The notes: generated from the letters alone by a model not told the origin. A stretch of DNA of 64,000 nucleotides from Deltaproteobacteria bacterium (GCA_040218735.1 JAVJQW010000007.1:1-64000); one strand, 5' to 3'; numbered from the stretch's first letter, positions 17,772-28,306 are shown. Program-made: numbers and translations.

Positions 17772-20700
17772 ATGTTCGTCGACATGCCCGATCCCACCTT
17801 GCCTCGTTGGCGCGAGTTCCGGAACGCCGCAGCTCGCTCAAGCCTACTCGCCGCTGGTCTGTTCGCGTTCAACACGACCACCGCTCACGCTCAACTCATC
17901 GGAAGCCAAACGAGTGGTTTGGTCAGTCCGAGCTCCCTCGCCGTTTCGAGCGATCCACCCTCCGGCAACCGGGGGGTCTACGCCTTCGCGATTTCACCCG
18001 AGACGCGCGCCGCGCGAGGCGCGGGGGCCCCGGCCGTCGAACTTCGATACAGCTCTGACCAGGGCGCCGGAATCGCGGGCGTCGGGTGGGACCTTCCGCT
18101 GCTCTATGTCGAGGAGGAGTTCTTTGGGCGGGTGCCGACATCGGCCGACAGCATCTCGTCGACTGGCTTCGCTCAGCGTCGGTACCGCTTCGTAGGAAGT
18201 ATGGATGCTTGTGAGCTCACCGCGGCCGGGGCCGGCGAGCTACGTTGCAGCGTCCAAAGGGGGGACCTCATGGTGTTCCTGCCACCGTCAGGGAGCAACG
18301 ACCATTTTCGTGCGTACGACGGAAGTGGTTCTCTCTACGTCTTCGGGTTGCGGGTCGATCTCGATCCGACGGTCGCCGGTGGCCACGGCTCGCAGCGTTG
18401 GTATCTCACGGAGCTCGTAGACTCGAACAGTAACTGGACCCGCTTCGACTATCGTCGGCGTGTGAATGCAAGCAGTGCTTGTGTCGCGGATGCGGAATCG
18501 AGCGACGAAGTGACGCTTCTTGCTGTCCGCTGGAACAACGTCTCCGCTCCCCCGAGCTTGTCCTCTGTTGATCTCGGTGCGGCGCGATGCGCGGACGGGG
18601 TGTTTCGTGACCGCCTCGTCGTCGACTACGAGGCCCGCGAAACGCCGCACTGGGACGTTCGCCTCGGTCGCACCGAGCGGACCGACATTCGCATCAAGAA
18701 GATCGAGGTGGAGAATCGACGCGGCACGAATGCTTGGGAGCGCTACCGTACCTACTGGCTGAAATACCACGAGGCGAACGTCACGCGACGCGACCGCTTG
18801 GAGTCTGTGACCGTCACGGGGGTGGGCTGCACTCAACCGCCGCAATACTGTACGCAGTCGCGCCTGCCTCCCACGACCTTCTCGTATTCGGACGGAGTCA
18901 CACATCTGAAGCCGCTGACCGAGATCGAGTCTCTCGCGGGGCTGCCAGACTGGTTGTCGAAGTCCGCCCTGGACGGCTCCTTGCGCCATGTCTCCTTCGA
19001 AGACTTCGACGGCGATGGACGACGTGACGTTGTCACTGAGGACTTCGGATCCGTTCCTCCGGGCGGGCCAACAGCGCTCGGGTACACCGCGAATGTCGCG
19101 TTCGCAAACGACACGGGATGGGATAGTCCGACGGTTGTCTGGCCCTCCCACTACAGCCCAGCGCTCGCCAACCCCAGCACGCAGCAGGTCGACCTGGATG
19201 GAGATGGGAAGCTCGATATCCTCGACAGTGACGGCAGCGTCTACTTCAACCTGGGGAACACGTATGAGCGCGCTGAAACTCACCCCATCAACCCGCAGGC
19301 CTATCCGCTCCCAGTGGCCTCGTGGGACTTTACTGGGGCCATCGCACACCTACAGGGCTCACCCAACTCGCGCGTACGCGAGTGCGTCGATGGTCTAACG
19401 AACCACATCGGCGTGCTTCTCGATTGCGTGACGATTACCGACCTCGAGATCGTAACTCGGTCGCGGATGGTCGAGCGGCACGCGCTGCTGATCGACATGA
19501 CCGGCGATGGAATCGACGATCTCGTCGTCGATGCCCGATCGACGACGACGTCGCCCCTGACCTGGTGGGTCTACCCAGGCTACAAATCGGGTCAACGATC
19601 CGGAGGTGTCAAAGCGGTGCCTGTAACCTGGACACTGTCCGGCACGCAGACGACGAACACGCGTGCTCCTCAGACGGTGAGACAGTTCTTCGACACGGCG
19701 AGCAGCGATAGCTCGTACACCTCGCAGCAGTTCAACGCGCTCATCGATGTCAACGGCGACGGCCTGCCCGACCTTCTGCATGCACCCAACCCGGGAACGA
19801 CCCAGTCAACGGATCGGACGACGGTCACGACGTACGTCGCCCTGAACGTAGGGAATGGCTTCGCTCAGATTCCATGGTCGCACCCAACGATGCCCATGAG
19901 CCGTCGATACACAAAGCAGACGGTCGGCTACTACGACATGAGATTCGACGCGATTGAGAAGGTGGCCGATTTCAACGGCGATGGGCTCTCCGACTACCTC
20001 TTCACGTCCGGCTGCGCTGGGAACATCTGTGTGCAGTTCGGAACCGGCGACGGGTTCGCTTCAACGGTCAATCTCACCAACGATGCGCCGGATAGTCGAT
20101 CTGGCTACCTCGAGCGAGGCTATGTCGTCGCATCCGACGGGAGCGGTGCGACGGCCCAAGGGCTTGTGGACGTAGACCATGACGGCCTGCTCGACCACCG
20201 CACGAACGCGGCAGGGACCTGGCAGTTCGTCCGCGCCGATACTCAGGGGATGGATAAATCGAAGTATGCGGACCTCCTCGTCCGAATCGACAATGGTCTC
20301 AGCTCCGGCCTCGACGTTCATTATGGAGCAGCCTCCCAGTTCTCGGGAGCACGCGCCCCCGGTCGATCGATCGTCGTTTCGCGCCTATCACCCTACTCCG
20401 CGTCGGAGGGGCCAGGTCCTAGTCACGACATCGAGTACTCGGGTGGCGCGGTCGTTTTCGACTCGTCCCTGAAACGATACGTATGGACCGGTTTCGAGAC
20501 CGTCGTTGCGAAGGCCGAGAGTGGGGAATGGACGACCTCGACCTTCGATATTTCTCCCTCGCCAGTGATGGGGCAGGTGCTCAATCTCGTGAAGCGGGAC
20601 TTGTCGGGCTGTCCATTCGAGGAAGTTTCTACGACGTTCGGGCTGCACAACACCGGATTCGGTCGCGTCATTCCCTACCCCGCCGTGCAGACGCGCCATG

Positions 20701-23700
20701 AACGTGAGTACTTCGCCCTGAATTGCTCAGCCGGCGGTGTGTATCCGCTCGCAACGTTCACGACACGCCGGGGCATCGAGCGGATCGACGACGACGGAAA
20801 TGTGCTCGAGCGCTACGACTTGGGCGACCTCACGCGAACCGATGACGACCTATGCACGGTCAACACACTTGCGGCGACTCCGGGAAGCCGCGTCAGGAAC
20901 CGGCCCGCTCGCACGGAGATCAAGACGACCTTCGACACGGCGACGAACCGCTGTTCACGCCTGCTTCGGGCGACGAACCGCTTGTATGACGGAGCTCTCG
21001 GGGACCCTTTCCAATCACTCGACCCTGGGGACGTCGCCCGGGGCAATCTAAAAGTCGTCGAGGAGGAGCTGTATTCAGTCGACATGACGATGCCAGAGCA
21101 ACTCGTCGATACGTTCGTCTCGACTCGGTACGCGTACGATGACCTGGGTCATCGAGTCGAAGAACTGCAGATGTTCGATGCACAGGACGGCACCCGTCTA
21201 CTTCGTACCTTCGATCCGCTCGACCGTCTCGTCTCCACGAGTGTCAAGAAGACCGGGCTGACGCAGGGCGTCCTCCCCTATGTCGAGCTCGAGACGACGT
21301 TCGACTATCAGCACGTGTCCGGCATGGTGACCTCCGAGACGGGGCCCGATGGCGTGCGAAGAACGATTTCATACGACCCGTTTGGTCGGGTCGATGAGGT
21401 CGACAAGATTGTGTCCGGGGCCACCTACGTCATGGCCGACTCCAGCTACGCCTATGTCGACTTGAACGGAGACGATGTCGTGGACCACTACAAAGTGACG
21501 ACCACGACCTACGAGACCGCGGAGGTGACTTCGACCACCTACTACGATGGGTTGGGCCGCAAGTCGGAGGCGCAGAGGACATTGGGGCCAGACTTCGGAG
21601 ATTCCGTGGTCACGACCCGCTTCAAGTATGATCCGGTCTACGGGCGCCTCTTAGAAGAGATCGGTCCGGAGTTTACGCCGCCTCAGGGGGCGGCTGTGAC
21701 CGCGCAGCGGAGGATCTTCATCAAGGATCCGATCGGTCGGCCTCTGTTCGACATCGTGGCGCCCATCGACGCGGTGCCTCCTGAGACCACGCCGTACGGT
21801 ACCGACGTCTCGAAGGGTATGTTCATGACGCGCTACACGTACTCGGTATGGAACGGAGGGCCGGACGGGGGCCTCGTGAAAGTGAAGAACGTGTATCCTC
21901 CTTTCGATCCAGCATTCCCTCACGCCCCCGGTGCGTCCGAGCCGCCGCCGCTCATTCAGCATTTCGATGCACGGGACCGCCTTCGGAAGGCCATCGATCG
22001 TGAGGGCCAGGAGGTGCGCTATGCGTACAACCCGCTTGGTCATCTCGTCTCCATCGAGAGGACGCTCGACCACGCGGGGCAGAGCATTCCAGTGACGGTC
22101 GTCGTCGATACGGACGCACTAGGTCGCCGTGTTGGTATCGACGACCCCGACAAAGGGGTGATTCGCTATGCGTACGACCATGCGGGAAATTTGACGCGGG
22201 TTTGGCAGGCCGACGCTCAGTTTCCGCTGTCGCCTACGCGAGGTCTCCAGATCGCCTATGACACGTTGGGGCGGCTACGTACGAAGAAGTCGATGGCCTG
22301 CAACGGCCCGACGCTCTGCCCATTCGCCGATGCTCCGAGCTCGTGGTCGTTCGATGGCAAGGTCAACACGACCTTCTACTATGACGACGCGGCAACCCTT
22401 CCGTCTCCGCTCGATGTCGAACACCCGGGCGTGGGTGCGGCCTCGGGCAAGTTGATCGCCGTTCAGCAGGGGACGCGGACTCCAGCACACACGGACTACG
22501 TCGTTTGGTACGGATACGACGAGATGGGGCACCGTTCCCTCGAGGGAACCTCGCCGCGCACGGGACCTTCCTTCGGACCTCTCGAACGAACGCCCTACTT
22601 CTCGGCCAAGGTCATGACGCCGGCGGGGAAGACGTTGTCGCTCACGGCCGGGGAAGGACGATGGCCGGGGGCTCCCGTCGAGCCCGGAGGAGCACCTCCA
22701 GCGAACTACAGACAACACGCGAGCTTCCAGCTCGCGTATGACTCGGCTGGGTACCTCCAGCGAGTCGACGATCCCGAGGCTGGCCTCACGATGTACGAGG
22801 TTTCGGATCTCGATCCTCGGGGCCTCCCACGACAGGCGACTCTGGCTTCGGGCATCGTCGTGCTCGACCACAGTTACGCGATTGATGGGCGTTTGTTGAC
22901 CAGTTCGGCCCAGGGGCCGAGCGGAACGCTGATGGATATCGCCCTCCAGGATTTCGACGGAACCGGCAACCTACTCAGGTACATCGACAAGAGGCACGAC
23001 TACCATCATCGTTTCGAGTTCGACGCGGACTCGCAACTCGTGGCCGCGCGAACCATCGGCTATGTCGACGGCACGCCAATCTACGGGCCGATCATCGACC
23101 GCGACTATGCCTATGACAGCATCGGCAACGTTCGCTCGATGACGGATAAGAGAGATCCCTCGCGGAGTCGAGTCTTCTTCTATCCGGACGACGGTACTCA
23201 GCCGAACACGCTCGTTGGTGTTCAAGAGCCTTCAACGATGACGACATCCTCGGTGCAGAGCTATCAGGGGAACATCACACAAAGCGCGGGGGTTTCTTAC
23301 GCCTATCAGATCGAAGACGTCCTGCGTACGATTAGCCTTCCGAACGGAGATCTCATCGAGTACGACTACAGCGGGACTCACGAATGGGTACGGCGTAGGA
23401 CCTATCGAGGCGGTGTCGTTGACGAGGATCGATACAGGATCTCGGACGGGGTGGCCTTGGATCGGACGTCTGCCCAGAACCCCAGTCTGGAAGTTACCTT
23501 TCGTGCCGGAGGAGTTAATCTATTTCGGAGGACGGTCGACATTGCGGCCCAATCCTCATCCGACGTCTTCTTTGTGGTTGATCACCTCGGTTCGATTCGA
23601 TCCGTGACGGACGATCAGGGGTCGGAGATTGCCGAAGCGTCCTACTACCCCTACGGCGAGCCCCTGGACTCGTCCTCCCCGCGTTTGGGTTTCGGCGGCC

Positions 23701-24632
23701 ATGAGCACCTCGCCGACACGAGCCTCGTCGACATGGGGGCGCGGCACTACGACCCGACGCTCGCCAGGTTCGTAGCCGCTGACACTCTCGTTCCGGGCGC
23801 AAGCCGAAGTGTCGAGTTCAACCGGTTCGCGTATGGCCAGAACAACCCGGTTTCCGTCGTCGATCGGAGCGGAAGGAACCCCGTTCTCGCTGCTGCCGTC
23901 TTCGGGGCGCTCCTGTGGACGGCTCGAGCAGCTGCCTACTACAGCTCGATCGAGAACCAGTCCGCCGGCAACGTCGTCAAGGGGATTCTGGTTGCGGCAG
24001 CGGTTGGCGCGGCCATGGGAGCGATCAGCTATGAGCTCGAGGTCCTCGGAATCTTCCATGGGCCGATGATGGGCGTGCTCGATCGATCTGCGCGATCGAT
24101 CGTCTTTCCCAGGACGTTCACCCGCGACAGAAACGCTGACGGCTGGGATTCGCTAAAGCGATTCGGCGCGGACGTTGTCGGGAGCCTGGTTCAGCTCGGC
24201 GCCGCAAAGATCTTGGGTCAGATTGACGTGCTCCCCGGGTGGGTGGCGTCTGGACTCGCACGGTTCACGGGGTCTGCATCGATGGCTACGTTCAATCGTC
24301 TGACCTCGGACAAGTCAGAGTTCACAGACGATCGCCTGCCTGGCTTCCTCGTCGGCTCCGCGGTTGCGAGCTTCGCGGGTGCTGCAGCTTCGTCGGAGCT
24401 CGCGGACTTTGCTCCAGATCCCACGAAGGTCGCGACCTTCGAGAGGACCGCGCAACGCGTGGCCGAGATGGCTGTCCTCGAGCTGATCAGTGTTTCCAGC
24501 GTGTTTGCGTCTTCGGTCGTCGATGTGGAGGTCAACCCGGGAAGGATGCAGGTCACCGACGACGGCCTCAGCATTTGGAGTCACTTCGGGGACAGTCTCG
24601 CCGAGCGCCATCTCAACGTTACGGCGCCCTAG
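17772..24632 (+). CDS. SpvB/TcdB-like + FG-GAP + YD/RHS repeat protein (TcB-TcC-like fusion) with hydrophobic C-terminal extension
   Basis: 'GIAGVGWDLP' (SpvB-like); 'DFDGDGRRD', 'DVNGDGLPD' and 'DFNGDGLSD' repeats; YD repeats; RHS core 'DHLGSIR...YYPYGE...GARHYDPTLARF...NNPVSVVDRSG'. Alternative start is ATG 17784. Confidence 0.9.
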   Translation: MFVDMPDPTLPRWREFRNAAARSSLLAAGLFAFNTTTAHAQLIGSQTSGLVSPSSLAVSSDPPSGNRGVYAFAISPETRAARGAGAPAVELRYSSDQGAGIAGVGWDLPLLYVEEEFFGRVPTSADSISSTGFAQRRYRFVGSMDACELTAAGAGELRCSVQRGDLMVFLPPSGSNDHFRAYDGSGSLYVFGLRVDLDPTVAGGHGSQRWYLTELVDSNSNWTRFDYRRRVNASSACVADAESSDEVTLLAVRWNNVSAPPSLSSVDLGAARCADGVFRDRLVVDYEARETPHWDVRLGRTERTDIRIKKIEVENRRGTNAWERYRTYWLKYHEANVTRRDRLESVTVTGVGCTQPPQYCTQSRLPPTTFSYSDGVTHLKPLTEIESLAGLPDWLSKSALDGSLRHVSFEDFDGDGRRDVVTEDFGSVPPGGPTALGYTANVAFANDTGWDSPTVVWPSHYSPALANPSTQQVDLDGDGKLDILDSDGSVYFNLGNTYERAETHPINPQAYPLPVASWDFTGAIAHLQGSPNSRVRECVDGLTNHIGVLLDCVTITDLEIVTRSRMVERHALLIDMTGDGIDDLVVDARSTTTSPLTWWVYPGYKSGQRSGGVKAVPVTWTLSGTQTTNTRAPQTVRQFFDTASSDSSYTSQQFNALIDVNGDGLPDLLHAPNPGTTQSTDRTTVTTYVALNVGNGFAQIPWSHPTMPMSRRYTKQTVGYYDMRFDAIEKVADFNGDGLSDYLFTSGCAGNICVQFGTGDGFASTVNLTNDAPDSRSGYLERGYVVASDGSGATAQGLVDVDHDGLLDHRTNAAGTWQFVRADTQGMDKSKYADLLVRIDNGLSSGLDVHYGAASQFSGARAPGRSIVVSRLSPYSASEGPGPSHDIEYSGGAVVFDSSLKRYVWTGFETVVAKAESGEWTTSTFDISPSPVMGQVLNLVKRDLSGCPFEEVSTTFGLHNTGFGRVIPYPAVQTRHEREYFALNCSAGGVYPLATFTTRRGIERIDDDGNVLERYDLGDLTRTDDDLCTVNTLAATPGSRVRNRPARTEIKTTFDTATNRCSRLLRATNRLYDGALGDPFQSLDPGDVARGNLKVVEEELYSVDMTMPEQLVDTFVSTRYAYDDLGHRVEELQMFDAQDGTRLLRTFDPLDRLVSTSVKKTGLTQGVLPYVELETTFDYQHVSGMVTSETGPDGVRRTISYDPFGRVDEVDKIVSGATYVMADSSYAYVDLNGDDVVDHYKVTTTTYETAEVTSTTYYDGLGRKSEAQRTLGPDFGDSVVTTRFKYDPVYGRLLEEIGPEFTPPQGAAVTAQRRIFIKDPIGRPLFDIVAPIDAVPPETTPYGTDVSKGMFMTRYTYSVWNGGPDGGLVKVKNVYPPFDPAFPHAPGASEPPPLIQHFDARDRLRKAIDREGQEVRYAYNPLGHLVSIERTLDHAGQSIPVTVVVDTDALGRRVGIDDPDKGVIRYAYDHAGNLTRVWQADAQFPLSPTRGLQIAYDTLGRLRTKKSMACNGPTLCPFADAPSSWSFDGKVNTTFYYDDAATLPSPLDVEHPGVGAASGKLIAVQQGTRTPAHTDYVVWYGYDEMGHRSLEGTSPRTGPSFGPLERTPYFSAKVMTPAGKTLSLTAGEGRWPGAPVEPGGAPPANYRQHASFQLAYDSAGYLQRVDDPEAGLTMYEVSDLDPRGLPRQATLASGIVVLDHSYAIDGRLLTSSAQGPSGTLMDIALQDFDGTGNLLRYIDKRHDYHHRFEFDADSQLVAARTIGYVDGTPIYGPIIDRDYAYDSIGNVRSMTDKRDPSRSRVFFYPDDGTQPNTLVGVQEPSTMTTSSVQSYQGNITQSAGVSYAYQIEDVLRTISLPNGDLIEYDYSGTHEWVRRRTYRGGVVDEDRYRISDGVALDRTSAQNPSLEVTFRAGGVNLFRRTVDIAAQSSSDVFFVVDHLGSIRSVTDDQGSEIAEASYYPYGEPLDSSSPRLGFGGHEHLADTSLVDMGARHYDPTLARFVAADTLVPGASRSVEFNRFAYGQNNPVSVVDRSGRNPVLAAAVFGALLWTARAAAYYSSIENQSAGNVVKGILVAAAVGAAMGAISYELEVLGIFHGPMMGVLDRSARSIVFPRTFTRDRNADGWDSLKRFGADVVGSLVQLGAAKILGQIDVLPGWVASGLARFTGSASMATFNRLTSDKSEFTDDRLPGFLVGSAVASFAGAAASSELADFAPDPTKVATFERTAQRVAEMAVLELISVSSVFASSVVDVEVNPGRMQVTDDGLSIWSHFGDSLAERHLNVTAP

Positions 24633-24652
24633 GCGGACCCACGTGCGGGACT

Positions 24653-26188
24653 CTAGGCTTCGACCGCCCTTCGGGCGCGGTCGAAGTCCCGCCACCCCTC
24701 CACGTTTGCCTGCGGCCACACCGGGAGGTCGAACGTCAGGCGATCGAAGTTCGTGAAGCTCGTGGGGCCGGCGCTCGCGACGGGGATGTTTCCTCGGTTC
24801 ACGGCGACGTAGAAGAAGCGGTAGTGGAAGAAGGTCTTCTGCACGATCGCGTCGGCTTGCCAGGGCGAGAGATCGATCTCCCGCCAGAAGCGAGGCGCGA
24901 TCGTGAGCGGTAGTCGCTCTGTCACCGCGATGCTCACCGTGCCGACGTCCAGGCGGACGACGCGCCCTGATTCGTTCTCACAGCGCGCTGCGACGACCGC
25001 GTGGATCGGGACCTCGGGTTCGCCAGCGCCCGTGTCGACGCCGCGCACGACCAGGTCGACTTCGGTGCCGAGCGGCGTGTTCCAGCAGGCGTCGACCGCG
25101 GCCGCGTCGTGCACGGGGACGTAGACACGTAACGTCTGGTCCGCGAGGAGCGCGCCGAGGAGGTGCGTGTTCCCGCCCGGGGAGCCCGCTCCGACGACGT
25201 CACAGGTGTCGACGAGGCTGATCGTCCCGGTGCGCTTCGCGAGGCGCTTCTTCTTCACCTCCGCGAGCGCCTCCTCCGCGCTGACGAACGGAGGTAGCGC
25301 TTCGTGGCGTAGCGCGAAGACGCGCTCCGCGAGCTCGTCGGCCAGGTGGTCGGCGAGCGCCGGGTCGTCGTCGGTCGTGACGTGCACCGCCCACCCCAGG
25401 TCCTTCGCGTCGTTGAACGGGTGGACCATGAACAGGTGGACGCTGACGACGCCCGCTCGCTTCTCGAGGCGGCGCATCTCGCGGAACACGCCGCGCATCG
25501 GCTTCATGAAGTCGACGGTCGTGCCGCCGCCGATCAGCATCGGGAGCTTGCGCCACGCGTGGGTCGGGCGGATGTGTCCCCGGAGCGCGCGGATCAACCG
25601 GGTGCCGGCGCGGAAGCCGGTCTGGAAGAGGTCGCGATGGGGGTTGGTGCGGTACGCCGTGAGCACCGTCAGCGGATCCGCGATCGACGGGGCGAGGTTG
25701 CCGTGGAGATCGAAGCTCGCGCCGACCGGGACGGCGAGCGCCGTCTTCACGTCTCGGATCAACACACCCTCCGGGGCTTCGTCGAGTCCTTCGACCTGCA
25801 TCGATCCGTGCAACGCGAGGTACACCGCATCCACTTCGCCGACGGATTTCATTCGTGTCGCGAGCCGGTCGCGAATCCACTGAAAACACTCCGGCGCGAG
25901 CTTGCCGCTCGGGACGGTCATGAAGCTCACGAGCGGGACGGTCTCGACGTCCCCCGCCGCGGCCGCCGCCGCGACGAAGCCCGACAGCTCCGCTTCGCGC
26001 AGGAATCCCTCCAGCTCGTGCCCTCGGAGCGTGCACTTCGCAGCGAGCGCCTCCCCCTCGTGCGCGTGGAAGTCTTCGAAGCTCTTCTGCGTCGTCGCCA
26101 GCGGCGAGAACGCATTGCCTTCGTGGAAGATGCGCGCGTACGCGATCCGCAGGGGGCGTCCGCCCCGTCCGAATTTCGTTCCGATCAC
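24653..26188 (-). CDS. M81 family metallopeptidase (MlrC-like)
   Basis: 'FHEGNAFS', 'LALHGSM', 'DLHGN', 'YRTNPHRD' and 'GAGSPG'; GTGA overlap with the upstream gene. Confidence 0.9.
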   Translation of the reverse strand: MIGTKFGRGGRPLRIAYARIFHEGNAFSPLATTQKSFEDFHAHEGEALAAKCTLRGHELEGFLREAELSGFVAAAAAAGDVETVPLVSFMTVPSGKLAPECFQWIRDRLATRMKSVGEVDAVYLALHGSMQVEGLDEAPEGVLIRDVKTALAVPVGASFDLHGNLAPSIADPLTVLTAYRTNPHRDLFQTGFRAGTRLIRALRGHIRPTHAWRKLPMLIGGGTTVDFMKPMRGVFREMRRLEKRAGVVSVHLFMVHPFNDAKDLGWAVHVTTDDDPALADHLADELAERVFALRHEALPPFVSAEEALAEVKKKRLAKRTGTISLVDTCDVVGAGSPGGNTHLLGALLADQTLRVYVPVHDAAAVDACWNTPLGTEVDLVVRGVDTGAGEPEVPIHAVVAARCENESGRVVRLDVGTVSIAVTERLPLTIAPRFWREIDLSPWQADAIVQKTFFHYRFFYVAVNRGNIPVASAGPTSFTNFDRLTFDLPVWPQANVEGWRDFDRARRAVEA

Positions 26189-27615
26189 GAGAACAGCTCC
26201 CCAAAGAACTTCACCAGGAGCGCTTCGCGCGCCTTCGGCGACGCGGCGTCGAGGAGACGGTGGATCATCGCCTGCTCCGTCGGCAGCTTCCCGTCGACGA
26301 TCCCCAGCTCGCGCATCATCATGCCGGCGTCCAGGTCGGCGCCGCCGCCCTGGCCGAGCATCTCCATCATCTGCACCACCGGCTCCGGCGCCTCCATCGG
26401 GTCGGGGAGGTCCACGACCGCTTCCTTCAGATCCGCCAGCAGCGCGCCGACCCGATGCGCGTTCGACGCATCGATACCGAAGTGGATGTGCGTCGGCGAC
26501 GTCCCGAACTTGTACGTCGGCTGCAGGTGCCAGCCCTTGGCCGTCATGCGATCCGCGAGGGTGAACAGATCCTTCTCCGCGACCACCGCGATGAGCCCCA
26601 TCGCTGGGTCCCCGACGACGGACAGACCGTCGATCGCGTTCACGCCGTCGACGAGCTGCCGCTTCGCCTCGTACATCTTGCCGAAGATCTCGCGGTACCC
26701 CGCGCGACCGAGGTGGCGCAGCACGGCCCACGCCGCCGCCATCGACGCGAGTGACTTGCTGCCGAGCGTCGTGGTGTTGATGACCGAGTAGCCGGTCCAG
26801 TGCGCGCACGTGAAGTACTGCGCGTCACGGAGCGCGGGGTCCCGGTGCATCAAGACGCTGATGCCCTTCGGCGCAAACGCGTACTTGTGTAGATCGACGG
26901 AGATCGACGTGACGCCTTCGACCGTGAAGTCGAACTCCGCCTGCTCGACGCCGAGCTCACGCTGGAAGGGGAGCACCCAACCGCCGATGCAGGCGTCGAC
27001 GTGGCAAAGAAGGCCGTGCTCCTTCGCGAGCGCGCCGATCTCCTCGATCGGATCGATCACGCCGTGCGCGTACGACGGCGCCGAACCCACGAGCAGGATC
27101 GTCTGGTCCGTAATCTTCGATCGCATGTCATCGACCGACGCACGCATCGTCACGGGATCCACCGCGACCGGGATCAGCTTCACCCCCAGGTAGTGTGCGC
27201 CCTTGTGGAAACACGCGTGCGCCGTCTCGGGGACGAGCATCTCCGGCGCCGTCACCTCGGGCCGCGTTCGGCGCGCAAAGTCACGCGCCGCCTTCACGCT
27301 CAACACGACGCTCTCGGTGCCGCCGGCCGTCGCGGTACCCACCGCCCCCTCGGGCGCGCGCAGGTGCGCCAACGCCGCGGCGACGACGTCGTTCTCGATC
27401 AGGCGCGCGCTCGGGTACGCCGTCGGGTCGAGGCCGTTGCCGGTCATGCACTTCGCGAAGGCGCGGCGGGCGATCTCCTTCGCCTCCTTGCCTGCGTCGT
27501 ACACGAACGCAAACGCCGACCCGTCGTGCGGGATGTCGTTCGCGGTCATCGCATCGAGTCGATCGAAGATCGCATCGTCGGTGAGGCCCTGTTCGGGAAA
27601 GACGTCGTTGGTCAT
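26185..27615 (-). CDS. Sphingosine-1-phosphate lyase-like PLP enzyme
   Basis: 'NGLDPTAYPS', 'TAGGTESV', 'AHACFHK', 'GSAPSYAHGVIDPI', 'HVDACIGG' and PLP lysine in 'SVDLHKY'. Confidence 0.88.
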   Translation of the reverse strand: MTNDVFPEQGLTDDAIFDRLDAMTANDIPHDGSAFAFVYDAGKEAKEIARRAFAKCMTGNGLDPTAYPSARLIENDVVAAALAHLRAPEGAVGTATAGGTESVVLSVKAARDFARRTRPEVTAPEMLVPETAHACFHKGAHYLGVKLIPVAVDPVTMRASVDDMRSKITDQTILLVGSAPSYAHGVIDPIEEIGALAKEHGLLCHVDACIGGWVLPFQRELGVEQAEFDFTVEGVTSISVDLHKYAFAPKGISVLMHRDPALRDAQYFTCAHWTGYSVINTTTLGSKSLASMAAAWAVLRHLGRAGYREIFGKMYEAKRQLVDGVNAIDGLSVVGDPAMGLIAVVAEKDLFTLADRMTAKGWHLQPTYKFGTSPTHIHFGIDASNAHRVGALLADLKEAVVDLPDPMEAPEPVVQMMEMLGQGGGADLDAGMMMRELGIVDGKLPTEQAMIHRLLDAASPKAREALLVKFFGELFS

Positions 27616-28217
27616 CACTTCTCCTCCTCGTCGCGCATGAGCGGACGCAGCACGTGGTCCCAAAGAAATTCGTGGATGGGCGCGAGATCGCACCCGGTCA
27701 TGACCCGCTGCACCATGAGGCCGTCGACGGTGCTGCGGATGAGGCGGATCAACGACTCGACGTCGCACGCATGCATGCGGCCGTCGTCGATCGCCTGCTT
27801 CAAGCGTTCGCGCATGATCGCGCGCTGCGCTTCGAAGGCGAGGTTGCCGATCTCGATGAAGCGGCTGGACTTGTCGATCCCCGCCGCGGCGATGGCCTGC
27901 GAGAGGAAGACGATGCGCTCCTCACGCCCGTCGTGGAACGCGTGAACGCCACGTACCTGCGCGTAGAGTTGGCGGAGCGGGTGATCTTCCGCCTCCATCT
28001 TCGCGATGACGAACTGCGCCTGCTCGAACAGGAGCCCCTCGAGCGCGTGCTCGACGATCTGCTGCTTGCTCGGGAAGTAGTAGAGCAGCGTGGGGCGCTT
28101 GATCCCGAGCGCGTCAGCGAGGGCCTGGTTCGACAGATCGAGGCCGCGCTCCTTCAGGATCTCCACCGCGCGGCGCGCGAGTTGCTGCCTCTTGGCGTGG
28201 TCGACCGGGCGTCCCAT
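27615..28217 (-). CDS. TetR/AcrR family regulator
   Basis: 'MGRP...LADALGIKRPTLLYYFPSKQQI'; TGATG coupling to the lyase gene. Confidence 0.92.
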   Translation of the reverse strand: MGRPVDHAKRQQLARRAVEILKERGLDLSNQALADALGIKRPTLLYYFPSKQQIVEHALEGLLFEQAQFVIAKMEAEDHPLRQLYAQVRGVHAFHDGREERIVFLSQAIAAAGIDKSSRFIEIGNLAFEAQRAIMRERLKQAIDDGRMHACDVESLIRLIRSTVDGLMVQRVMTGCDLAPIHEFLWDHVLRPLMRDEEEK

Positions 28218-28220
28218 TAC

Positions 28221-28260
28221 CTGACAAAACGTCAGACTATGTTTGCTGACGAAGTGTCAA
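28221..28260. promoter_or_regulatory. Twin TetR-type operators overlapping a TTGACA -35 box
   Basis: CTGAC-AAAAC-GTCAG (28221-28235) and CTGAC-GAAGT-GTCAA (28246-28260). TTGACA is on the minus strand at 28260-28255. Confidence 0.7.
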
Positions 28261-28306
28261 TGAATTTCGCTCGCGTTCGGTCAGGGGGCGGACCCGGTCG
28301 CTCGGA

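Noticed and set aside
24653-26188. Microcystin degradation (mlr) cluster
   Set aside because: Only an M81/MlrC-family gene is present, with no mlrA/B/D, and the family is widespread.
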